Positions 8,969-18,068 of a stretch of DNA of 20,000 nucleotides are shown one piece after another; position 1 is the first letter of the stretch, and the number at the start of each line of letters is the position of its first letter. Source of the stretch: an uncultured virus (IMG/VR IMGVR_UViG_3300001344_000002) (taxonomy: Duplodnaviria > Heunggongvirae > Uroviricota > Caudoviricetes); the IMG/VR virus record IMGVR_UViG_3300001344_000002, one strand, 5' to 3'. The translations under genes and the position numbers were made by a program. The notes beneath the pieces are model-generated. The model was not told where the DNA came from and did not search any database. It was given only the letters and a program-made list of their open reading frames with translations.

Positions 8969-11900
8969 TTATTGTTGTGGTTTATAATTCTTAGCTTGAT
9001 TATACATATCTTTTGCTTGTTCAGTAGTAGAACCAGGGTTATTTAACATATAATCTTCAATAAACTTTGTTTCAGATAATTGTTTTGCTCTTACCTGATA
9101 AATGGCTAAATTATTTAATCTATCAAGTTCTTTAAAGTTTTGTTGTAACTTTATAAATCTACTATTTAAATCAGCTGCATAATTTATATTACCTTTTTTT
9201 AGTATAGCAGCATTCATAGGTTGTCTTGTATACTGCATACTTACATCAGTAGAATTAGGATTATATACATTAGTATATCCACTAATACTTATTGTTCCAT
9301 CTCCCAAATCTTGAAAAACTATTTCTCCTGGAGAAAACCCTGCTGTTAAATTTGTTTCATCTTTATAACTAAAAGATTGAGTATTACTCAAATTCATCAT
9401 TTGTTCAATGTAAGATGAACCTTGTATAATGTTTAAGTTGTTAGGGTTTATATCTTTATTACCACTTCTATCAAAAACCATTAAAACACCCTGATTCATT
9501 ACTTTAGTCCAATCTGAAAAAGCTTCAGAATCATCTTTATAAATCTTTTTTATCTCATTTTTAAATGCAGTACTAAAGTTATGAATCTTATAACCACCCA
9601 TAGGACTTCTAGTTTCATCATCAATCTTAGTAGCTCCTAAGTTTGGATAGTATGTCATTGTAAATTCTCCTTTAGTTGCTCTATTTTGTAAGCTTGAAAA
9701 TATTTTTTTAGCAATAATATTTTCATCTTCAGACAAATCTACCCCAGCTTCAATATTAAAATTATTAAAATCTTTTATGTCCGTTGGAGCAGGTAAAAAA
9801 CTAACCCTTGTTTCTGGATCAGCTGTTGAACTAGCTAATTGATTTAATGCAGTACCTAAAACTTTATCCATAGCAGATCCTGCTTCTGGTTTTACAGAAC
9901 CTGTAGCACTCATTGTTGGTACAAAACCAATATTGCCCCATGGTGAATTAGGATTATACCCAGCTGTTAAACTAAGATAAGAATTACCACCTATAGTTTC
10001 ATAGCTTGAATTTATTTCTTCTGCATAAGCCGTCCATAAAGCTTTAGACTTACCAGCTATTGCAGCCTCATCTACAATAACACGCTCATTATATGTACCT
10101 GTTTTTCTACTACCAGTTTTTTGGATTTTTGACCAATCTTCTCTATCAGCACCAGCATTTTGATCTCCACCAATACCTGACACATCAAAGTTTTTTATTT
10201 TTCCAGATAATGCTTGATCTTTAAAAAGTTTTTGGTATTCAGAAAAAGTCATAAAACGCTTAATGCCATCTTTTTCTGTATAAGGCTTTGGATAATTAGC
10301 TTCTATCATCTCCCTCTTCCACGTAGTCTTACCATCCATCATCTTCATCTCAGCAGCTTTTGCTTTATTATATAATTCATTGTCATACTTTTCTATCCTC
10401 TGAAGATATATATCTTCTCTTAGATTTAAACCTAATGCCTCAGGATTATTTGGATCATTACCAAATAATAGTTTATACATGACATCATATTGACTACCAG
10501 GTTTTACAAAAGCTGGAGTATGTTGAGCAATTACAGCATCCTTATTAGCAAACCATTTTGATTGTTCCTCATACATCCTTAGTATATCTGTCTCATACTT
10601 TAATGCATTTGGATCTTCAGTTACCTTTGTACCATCAATAATTGGTTTCTTCTTAAGTAAACGGTCAGTTATGGCTGAAGGAGATAAGTTAAGCATTTCA
10701 CCATCTAACGTTACGGTAAATGTTTGTTGGTCAGGATATCTTGCTTTAAGCATTTGACCAAGTAGTCTAGCTTTTTCTGTTAAAATATTTTGCCCATCAG
10801 TTGCAATCATTTCAGCATTAGTATCATAAGGGTCAGCATTATTAGCTACCTGCCCATCTACAATTACATTTAAATTTGCTCTAGGATCTGAATAATCAAT
10901 TACTGCACCAGATTGAGCTTGTTCTGTTAAGCTTTCTAAATTTTTTGCACCGTCTAATTGAGATTTTAAAATTTCCAAATTTGCATCTATGCCAGCTTGT
11001 TGGTCTTTTAGTAATTTATCAGCATTATACTTAGCAGCTATTTCTTGCAAATTAAATTTATGCAGATCTTCATTTATAACATATTTATTTTCTCTAACTA
11101 CAGTCTCTGCATTTTCTCTACTATAGTTGTATGCAGCACTCTGTAAATCTTGACTTATATTATAATTACTATTTAAACTATATGCTTTGTTTATCAATGC
11201 TTGATCATCCTTATCAGGTGTATTTGCAAATTCATTTACCTTTAAAAGATTGCTTAGATTAACTCTTAACTGCTCTGCTTCTGATAATGACTGCCCAACT
11301 AAATTTTGTTCTGCTGGTGTTAAACCATTTAATTTTCCAAAATTACCCCAGTTAGTTGTTTGTTGTACTATTCTTTGAATCTCATTATCTAGACTATTAT
11401 ATCTTTCACTGTTTGCTAATGCAAGTCTTTTTACTTCTGCATCAGACCACATTGTTAAACCCTCTGTTATTGTTTTTATTGATCCATCCTGAACACCTTG
11501 TGTAGCAAAATCCATTGATGCTACATAAGCTTTTGCTTTATAAAACTCTTGTACTCTAGGATCATCAGTTAAATCAGTCATTACTCTTCTATATGCATCA
11601 CCTTCAATAAGCTTACCGTTAGTATCTGTAATAATCCATCTATTTACAACCCTATCATCTGGTGTACCCATCACACCATCTGCACCAGCATCCATTGTGA
11701 AATGATCTTTCTTTTGTGTAAATCCTTTTCCTTCTAAACCTAAACCTCTCAAATATTCTTGAGCATATTGTGTTAAATCTGCATCTTCTACATACTTAGG
11801 TAAAGGCATATTTATTAGTTGATTTCTATCAGCTTCTTGAAACTCTTGCATTCTATATTGCATGTTCTTTATTCCAACTGGATTATAAAGTTCCCTTACC

Positions 11901-12292
11901 CTTGGGTCAGGAGAATCTGCAAATTGATTAGCTCTTTGCAATTCTTTTTTATACGTTGAAGTATATACAATATCTTTTACTACAGCTTCATCTTCAAAAA
12001 ATGGTGCAAACACAGACTTTGCAGCATCAACATTTGTTTGTAATGATAAATCTAATCCAGAAATTCTAGATAATTCAGGAGCTAAATTTTCTATAAATTG
12101 TTGTTGGAATTCTTTATTGTCTGAGTGTGACAAATCAGAATAGACTCTACTATATAGGTCATTAGTAGCTTGCCACCCTGCATTATATTTATTTTCTCTT
12201 GCATCTAATGCTGCACTAAGAAACTTATAATCCGGTGTAAACGGCTTGATGTCCGGGTAGTAATTTTTTTCTCCTTTTATATAATTTGCCAT
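8969..12292 (-). CDS. 1107-aa putative virion internal (cargo/ejection) protein, crAss-like
   Basis: Long ORF in the track, in the same operon-like run. The N-terminus (YYPDIKPFTPDYKFL...ENKYNAG...SGLDLS...NV...VFAPFFEDEAVVKD) resembles, from memory, the protein that precedes the giant RNAP-type genes in crAss-like phages. Mostly predicted helical/coiled-coil; no catalytic motif recognised. Confidence 0.8.
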   Translation of the reverse strand: MANYIKGEKNYYPDIKPFTPDYKFLSAALDARENKYNAGWQATNDLYSRVYSDLSHSDNKEFQQQFIENLAPELSRISGLDLSLQTNVDAAKSVFAPFFEDEAVVKDIVYTSTYKKELQRANQFADSPDPRVRELYNPVGIKNMQYRMQEFQEADRNQLINMPLPKYVEDADLTQYAQEYLRGLGLEGKGFTQKKDHFTMDAGADGVMGTPDDRVVNRWIITDTNGKLIEGDAYRRVMTDLTDDPRVQEFYKAKAYVASMDFATQGVQDGSIKTITEGLTMWSDAEVKRLALANSERYNSLDNEIQRIVQQTTNWGNFGKLNGLTPAEQNLVGQSLSEAEQLRVNLSNLLKVNEFANTPDKDDQALINKAYSLNSNYNISQDLQSAAYNYSRENAETVVRENKYVINEDLHKFNLQEIAAKYNADKLLKDQQAGIDANLEILKSQLDGAKNLESLTEQAQSGAVIDYSDPRANLNVIVDGQVANNADPYDTNAEMIATDGQNILTEKARLLGQMLKARYPDQQTFTVTLDGEMLNLSPSAITDRLLKKKPIIDGTKVTEDPNALKYETDILRMYEEQSKWFANKDAVIAQHTPAFVKPGSQYDVMYKLLFGNDPNNPEALGLNLREDIYLQRIEKYDNELYNKAKAAEMKMMDGKTTWKREMIEANYPKPYTEKDGIKRFMTFSEYQKLFKDQALSGKIKNFDVSGIGGDQNAGADREDWSKIQKTGSRKTGTYNERVIVDEAAIAGKSKALWTAYAEEINSSYETIGGNSYLSLTAGYNPNSPWGNIGFVPTMSATGSVKPEAGSAMDKVLGTALNQLASSTADPETRVSFLPAPTDIKDFNNFNIEAGVDLSEDENIIAKKIFSSLQNRATKGEFTMTYYPNLGATKIDDETRSPMGGYKIHNFSTAFKNEIKKIYKDDSEAFSDWTKVMNQGVLMVFDRSGNKDINPNNLNIIQGSSYIEQMMNLSNTQSFSYKDETNLTAGFSPGEIVFQDLGDGTISISGYTNVYNPNSTDVSMQYTRQPMNAAILKKGNINYAADLNSRFIKLQQNFKELDRLNNLAIYQVRAKQLSETKFIEDYMLNNPGSTTEQAKDMYNQAKNYKPQQ

Positions 12293-12296
12293 AGTT

Positions 12297-12327
12297 CAAA
12301 TTTACTATTATTTATAAAGTTTACAAA
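12297..12327 (-). promoter_or_regulatory. Bacteroidota housekeeping-sigma promoter (-33 TTTG / -7 TAnnTTTG)
   Basis: The minus strand reads TTTG (12327-12324), a 19-nt spacer, TAAATTTG (12304-12297), then AACT-ATG. This matches the TTTG-N19-21-TAnnTTTG consensus, lies in an intergenic gap and points toward the 1107-aa gene. Confidence 0.6.
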
Positions 12328-12351
12328 CAGATATAAATAAACCTTTAATGT

Positions 12352-15345
12352 TTATGCACCCATCTTTCCTGTATAGAATGGATAAGCATACTTTTTAATT
12401 TCATTACCCCTTTTAGCATTGTATCTAACAGAAGGAGCATACCCTAAATCTTGTGGATCTGTTACAACATCATTTTGAGCTCTGTTATTATAATCATCTG
12501 CTACCTTATTTTTACTTTTGTTATCAGCATATGAAGGAAGAATGTACTCTAAAGCCTTATCTATACTATCACTATCAGCATCTTTAAATTGTTCCATCAG
12601 TAAATTTCTTTCTTTAATATACTGATTACGTCTTTGCTCCTGTTCACTAACATCTACATTAGGATCAACCTCAAGATTTTTGCTGTCTTTCATATTAATA
12701 ATACCTCCATCTTGTGGGCCAATTTTCATAACATCTTTTAACTGATTAAGGTTGAATGTGTTAGCTCTATTAGTTATTGCTTGATTATATAGCTCATTTG
12801 TTTTTTGCTTATTCCAATTCTCAAAATCAGTGTATCTACCTAATGCAGTAACAGTACCATCATACTCATCTTTATATGCCTTTGCGTTTTCTATACCAGT
12901 TCTTAGATTTAATTGTGCTTGTGGTAATGCAACACTATTCATAATTTTAATGTTGTTAGTATTAACTGATCCTACATCTTTAGCTAATTGATTAACTGCT
13001 TTACCAAACAAATTAGAACCAGCTACTTTACCTTTACCAAAAGCTCTTAAGTTCTTAGCCATAGTATTAAGAGCAGCATTAGTCATATTAGCTCTACCTG
13101 TCCAATCATCTAATACATAATCTATTTCTGTATTTGGTAGTCTAGGTACGTTAGGTAAGAACAATGGGTTCTCTAATGAATTCTGAGTTGCTAGATTATT
13201 AACATCTTGCCACCACCAATCTGGCTTGTCATAAAATTGTGGATCCTCACCTTCTGGTCTTTCTTTAGTTGGATCATCTATTTCAGCCATTAAACTTTCA
13301 GGATCTTCAGTTCTAATATAACTTCTAGCTTTATTAAAAGTTAACATACCAAACTTACCATCTACATTACCTGCATCACCACCTGGAAATAATTGTCTAG
13401 GTGTACCACTCTCTCCAAAGTTATCATAATGAAATTCATTTTCAACTTGTTGCATTGCATTTTGCACTGCTTCCCATTGCTTTTGATATGCTATTGCTTG
13501 AGCATCTATTGGTGTTGAAGCGTCTGATGACCACTTACCTTTAGGCATGTCATAATCAAACTCAATTCCAGATGCAACAACTTTATCAATTGCATCACCC
13601 CATCTTAATGTAAAATCTTTTTCTGCTTTGTCACTAGTTAAATCTCCACCATAAGAGTTTGCACCAGCTTTACTTGACTGTGTACCAACAGTACCACTCC
13701 TAGAATAAATACCTTCTCTTACTCTAACATTATCTCCAAATGCACCATCTTGATATACACCAAGCAATTCTTTTTCTAAATCAGTATATACATCTCTTTT
13801 ATCTCCAGTACCTGTTACCTCAATATTTTCAAATTCAAAATCACCAAAGTCCTCAAATTTATTTTTAGTTAGTGGTTTAGTTACAGTAAATGTTGTTTTG
13901 CCTAAACCTTGATCATATACTTTAGTTAATTGCCAACCATTATTCAATGCTTTTTCAAAAGCTTCTCTATCAGGATGACCAACAGGCAACGGATTACATT
14001 TATAACCTGTACATCTATTAGTTTCAGATTCAACAGTCTCATCTAATACAGTCTCAGTTCCATCAACACTTGCATCTTCAACCATCTCATCTGTAACCTT
14101 AGCATCATCATTAGAGACAACAGTCTCTTCACCTGGAGTTCTTGAAAAACTTTCATCTCTATCAGCACGGGGGTCCATTGGACTCCACCCTTCTCGTGGT
14201 TTTTCTTGTATAGCTGTATAATAAAAATCAACTTCTTCAGGAGATAGTTTCAGATTTTCTATTATATTACGGCCATTTTCTTCTACTCTTAGGTTGCCGT
14301 TAATATCTCTATGCATACCAGCTCTTATAATAAAATCAAGATATGTATTTCTATCTACTGTTTCTCCATTTATTTCATAGACACTTGATGTTCCTGGACC
14401 AAATCCAGTAGTCTCTCCTGCTTCTTGATATTTTAATAACTCACCGCCGTCTTCTAAAGTAGCTTCTAATGAATTTTCTTGACTAGCTAATGCAGACATG
14501 TCTTGTGCATCTTGAGAAGCTTGTACCTGACCAGTAGGCTCATTTGATTGTCCTGCATTGGGATTTTCTATTTGTTGCATCATTGCCTGCAACCTTAATA
14601 TCTGATCTTGTTTTTCAGGAGGTAAAGATGCTATAAAATCTAACTCTGCTTGTTGTTTGGATTGTTCTGTTACTTGTGCTGTAAATTCTATTGGGTCTAT
14701 ACCTTGCTCTTGTAGATATGGGTATGACGCTAAAGGAACACCGTCTTCAAAATCTTTTTTTAATTCTTGACCAAATGCCAACTTAGAAAGATTATACATG
14801 TTCTTACTTAACATCAACTCTGCACTCTTAGTAGATATGTCATCTGCATATTGACTATTAATTTCTCCATAGAATTGATTTAGCGGATACTTTTTAGATA
14901 TTTTAGCAGGTGTAATTTTTTTTCTACTTTCTATACCAAACTCTGCCATCTCATTTTTATCAAACTTCATTGAGTTAGTGTCAGAAAAAACAAAAGATTG
15001 TTCTGGTAAAAACATTGGTACTCCACCACTAGAATGTCTAGGTCCTTTTATATCATACAATCCAAATTGATTATTTCCATTTAAATCAGTTAATACAGTT
15101 TCTCCACCTTCTGCTTCTAAGTTAGCATCTTCTCTAGGTACACTTGATAAACTGTATCTAACAGATTGATCATCAGTGTTATTAAAGTTAGTACTTCCAT
15201 AAAACTCTTGAGGAGTTGTAACCAAACCATAATCAGCTTGATCACCAGTGGTCATACCACCATCTCTTTTAATGGCTTTCTTTTTAACCTTGCCATCAAC
15301 TAATCTAAATCCTTCCGGTAACTTATTTATTTTTACTTTTGCCAT
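12352..15345 (-). CDS. 997-aa putative virion cargo/structural protein, crAss-like
   Basis: Long ORF starting 2 nt after the upstream TAA. N-terminal domain ANLEAEGGETV...IKGPRHSSGGVP...SFVFSD...TPAKISKKY...LAFGQE, which I recognise as a recurring motif set in crAss-like virion proteins. Then Q-rich and acidic linkers and an N/Q/A-rich helical C-terminal third. Confidence 0.8.
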   Translation of the reverse strand: MAKVKINKLPEGFRLVDGKVKKKAIKRDGGMTTGDQADYGLVTTPQEFYGSTNFNNTDDQSVRYSLSSVPREDANLEAEGGETVLTDLNGNNQFGLYDIKGPRHSSGGVPMFLPEQSFVFSDTNSMKFDKNEMAEFGIESRKKITPAKISKKYPLNQFYGEINSQYADDISTKSAELMLSKNMYNLSKLAFGQELKKDFEDGVPLASYPYLQEQGIDPIEFTAQVTEQSKQQAELDFIASLPPEKQDQILRLQAMMQQIENPNAGQSNEPTGQVQASQDAQDMSALASQENSLEATLEDGGELLKYQEAGETTGFGPGTSSVYEINGETVDRNTYLDFIIRAGMHRDINGNLRVEENGRNIIENLKLSPEEVDFYYTAIQEKPREGWSPMDPRADRDESFSRTPGEETVVSNDDAKVTDEMVEDASVDGTETVLDETVESETNRCTGYKCNPLPVGHPDREAFEKALNNGWQLTKVYDQGLGKTTFTVTKPLTKNKFEDFGDFEFENIEVTGTGDKRDVYTDLEKELLGVYQDGAFGDNVRVREGIYSRSGTVGTQSSKAGANSYGGDLTSDKAEKDFTLRWGDAIDKVVASGIEFDYDMPKGKWSSDASTPIDAQAIAYQKQWEAVQNAMQQVENEFHYDNFGESGTPRQLFPGGDAGNVDGKFGMLTFNKARSYIRTEDPESLMAEIDDPTKERPEGEDPQFYDKPDWWWQDVNNLATQNSLENPLFLPNVPRLPNTEIDYVLDDWTGRANMTNAALNTMAKNLRAFGKGKVAGSNLFGKAVNQLAKDVGSVNTNNIKIMNSVALPQAQLNLRTGIENAKAYKDEYDGTVTALGRYTDFENWNKQKTNELYNQAITNRANTFNLNQLKDVMKIGPQDGGIINMKDSKNLEVDPNVDVSEQEQRRNQYIKERNLLMEQFKDADSDSIDKALEYILPSYADNKSKNKVADDYNNRAQNDVVTDPQDLGYAPSVRYNAKRGNEIKKYAYPFYTGKMGA

Positions 15346-15347
15346 AA

Positions 15348-18014
15348 TTATATAATTTCTATATCAGCACCAGCTGCAATTAATTGTGCAATCATATCTT
15401 GAGATAATTCTACTATCTCTCCCCCTGTTTTTGCCATACCATAACTATTTGGTGAACCTGCAAAGTTCATATAGTAACCAGGTGTTCTTTCTGCCTCACC
15501 TTGTAATTGTCCTGAGTTGGCATCATAAAAACCTTCAGAAAAAGGATCAGAAGTTGTTACACCATATTTATAATCAGCACCAGATCTTTCTTCCATTTGA
15601 TCTAATGCATCATTATATGCTCTTTTATCAAATACTCTGTTAACAAACCCTGCTGCATCTACAAGAGATTTAGAACCACTTGTAAAAGCTCTAAAGTTTG
15701 GGTTATCATTAATTCTATTTAAAGTACCTTCAAGTTTATTTGTAACATTAAACTCTGGGCTAGTTACTACATTTTCAAACAACATATCTGCTGATGGATT
15801 ACCAACCGTACCAAGAGCAGCTTCTCCCGTACCATCTCCTCCATCTACATCAATAGTGTCAGGAATGCCATCATTATCCATATCTATAACTTCATCTTCA
15901 TTCATTAAACTATCATCCTCTGTTATAAATGGGTATGTTTGATAAGGACCTTTCTCTTCAAAAGGACCCATTGGAAACTTTTGTTCTATGCCGGCTTGTG
16001 CTTTACCTTCTTGTCTTGCTATAGCTCTTTTAATAACCTTGTCTCTATTTTCAAGATAAGAATTCTCACCACCCTTTTCATTTTTTGGTACAGCTAAGTA
16101 AGAACCATAACCTGTTGCATCAAGAAAAGGAAACGTGGCACCTAATTCACCATGAAAATTAGGATCATGTTCATATATATAAGGTAAAAGACCTGATGCA
16201 TTAACATTTTTAGCAAGGTTATACATTCTTTTGCCATAACGCATATCTCCTATATAGTCAGAAGGATGATAATTTGATATAATTGTATCTGTGTCAAGGT
16301 TTGCTCCATTTTGGATTAATGAATATAAAATATTTTTAGTATCTCTTTTATTTGTTCCCCAAGTTTTAGAATAGTCTTTAACATCTTTTTTACTTGCTTT
16401 ATCTCCACCCAATGACATATTGCTAAGTATGTTATGTTGTGCTTCTGGTGGCAATGCTTGAAATCCTGGGTTATTAACACCCCCACCTTTTTTCATTTTA
16501 CCTGTTGTTTTCTTCCACAAGTTTTGTAATAAGTTAACAGCATTTTCAGACATCTTATTAATATCATGTCCAGCGTCTTGTGCCCATTCTGAAAATGTTC
16601 TTTTATCTTCTTCAATTGGTACACCTGAAACATCTGAAATAACTTCAGCTTGTTCGTCAAGTTGTCTTTGCTTGTCCATATCCCATTCCTTAGCTTGCTG
16701 TACTGCCCAGTCAACATATGCTTGCTGGTTTTCTGGAGATGACATTTTTGAAGTATCTACATCAACATTATAATATAAAGGTTTTAAAGCCTTATGCATT
16801 TCCATTTTAGACATGCCGGAACCTGCATCTGGATCTGGATTACCTTTAGTAAGTTGAATCTTTTCACCTTTCTTAAAAGGATTATTAATACTTATACCTT
16901 CTCCTCTTTTATTTATATCAAGAAAAGCACCTTTACGGTTACCATAGTCATCTACCTCATTGGAAAATAATTCATTGTTTATTGTAGAAGCTGTATTTAT
17001 AAAGTCAGCTAAAATATTTGTAGATGGTGGTGGCATAAGTGGTGCAACAGAATAATTTTGATTAGACATGTATTCATTCTTAGGCCTTTTCAAATTATTT
17101 GCTAATGTGGTTTTATCCATATTAGATTCATCAGGAATAAAGACACCATTAATGTACTGTCCTGTCTCTGTTCCATTTTGTGCTTTAGGAGCATCATGGC
17201 CATACCCTGCATCTTTAAGTCTAAGATGAGTAGCCATATCATTAGCTTTTATTTTTCTATCTCCTTTATACATGAAGTGTGGTTTAAATTCACCACCTTC
17301 TTTTCTAAATCTTGGATCTAAAGTGTACTTTCTATTAGGAGGATTATAAGAACCTTCTCTTTGTCTTACTCCTTCTGTATAGTTAGATGATTCCCCACCC
17401 TCTTGTTTTTTCCACTTAGCTGCATTACGTGCAAAATTAGCCATCTTAACTACAGATGGAGGATACTTACCTTTATTAGCTAAAACCTTTCTAGCAGCTT
17501 CCTGTACACCCATACCACGTTTCTTTGCCCACGCAGTAAACTTGCCTTCATTTTCTGGTTTAATTTCTATACCAGATTTAGCTATTGTCCTTACCTGCTC
17601 TGAAATGTCCACTTCTTGTTCTTGAGATTGTGCATTTGCTGCAGCCTCTCTTTCTCTTTTAGCTATATCTTTATTTCTAGCTAAGAGTTGTGGATCTCTA
17701 TCAACTTCTTGAGGTGAAGATGGTTCAGGCGGAGCATTTACTGTTTCAAATATTGTTACAATATCTTCTTGCTCCATACCACCTACCATAAGTGCTTGAC
17801 CAATAAGTTCTTGCTCAAGTTCTTGTGACATTAAATCTTTAATAATCATAACAAGATCTTTACCTTCATCAACTCCTTGTTTAATCAATTGAGTAATTTG
17901 CATTACTTTAGGATCAACCTGAGGTTGTTGAGGTGTATTTATCATACCAGGACCATCTTCAATCATTGATCCTCCCACTTGTTTTAAACTTATTTTGTTT
18001 GCTTTCACACTCAT
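15348..18014 (-). CDS. 888-aa modular putative virion protein with repeated xxxGG(E) motifs and short basic micro-domains
   Basis: Long ORF in the track. About ten GG-type motifs (KQVGG, AKSGIE, KQEGGE, RKEGGE, AQNGTE, MKKGG, MSLGG, NEKGGE, AQAGIE, AKTGGE) flank short self-contained segments. Also contains an acidic DMDNDGIPDTIDVDGGDG motif. Confidence 0.8.
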   Translation of the reverse strand: MSVKANKISLKQVGGSMIEDGPGMINTPQQPQVDPKVMQITQLIKQGVDEGKDLVMIIKDLMSQELEQELIGQALMVGGMEQEDIVTIFETVNAPPEPSSPQEVDRDPQLLARNKDIAKREREAAANAQSQEQEVDISEQVRTIAKSGIEIKPENEGKFTAWAKKRGMGVQEAARKVLANKGKYPPSVVKMANFARNAAKWKKQEGGESSNYTEGVRQREGSYNPPNRKYTLDPRFRKEGGEFKPHFMYKGDRKIKANDMATHLRLKDAGYGHDAPKAQNGTETGQYINGVFIPDESNMDKTTLANNLKRPKNEYMSNQNYSVAPLMPPPSTNILADFINTASTINNELFSNEVDDYGNRKGAFLDINKRGEGISINNPFKKGEKIQLTKGNPDPDAGSGMSKMEMHKALKPLYYNVDVDTSKMSSPENQQAYVDWAVQQAKEWDMDKQRQLDEQAEVISDVSGVPIEEDKRTFSEWAQDAGHDINKMSENAVNLLQNLWKKTTGKMKKGGGVNNPGFQALPPEAQHNILSNMSLGGDKASKKDVKDYSKTWGTNKRDTKNILYSLIQNGANLDTDTIISNYHPSDYIGDMRYGKRMYNLAKNVNASGLLPYIYEHDPNFHGELGATFPFLDATGYGSYLAVPKNEKGGENSYLENRDKVIKRAIARQEGKAQAGIEQKFPMGPFEEKGPYQTYPFITEDDSLMNEDEVIDMDNDGIPDTIDVDGGDGTGEAALGTVGNPSADMLFENVVTSPEFNVTNKLEGTLNRINDNPNFRAFTSGSKSLVDAAGFVNRVFDKRAYNDALDQMEERSGADYKYGVTTSDPFSEGFYDANSGQLQGEAERTPGYYMNFAGSPNSYGMAKTGGEIVELSQDMIAQLIAAGADIEII

Positions 18015-18068
18015 AATATTATAATATTAATATACAAATAATTACTCAGAATCACTAATTTATTAGGT

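Noticed and set aside
12293..18068. Rho-independent terminators in the intergenic gaps (12293-12351, 18015-18068)
   Set aside because: Neither gap has a GC-rich stem-loop followed by a U-tract.
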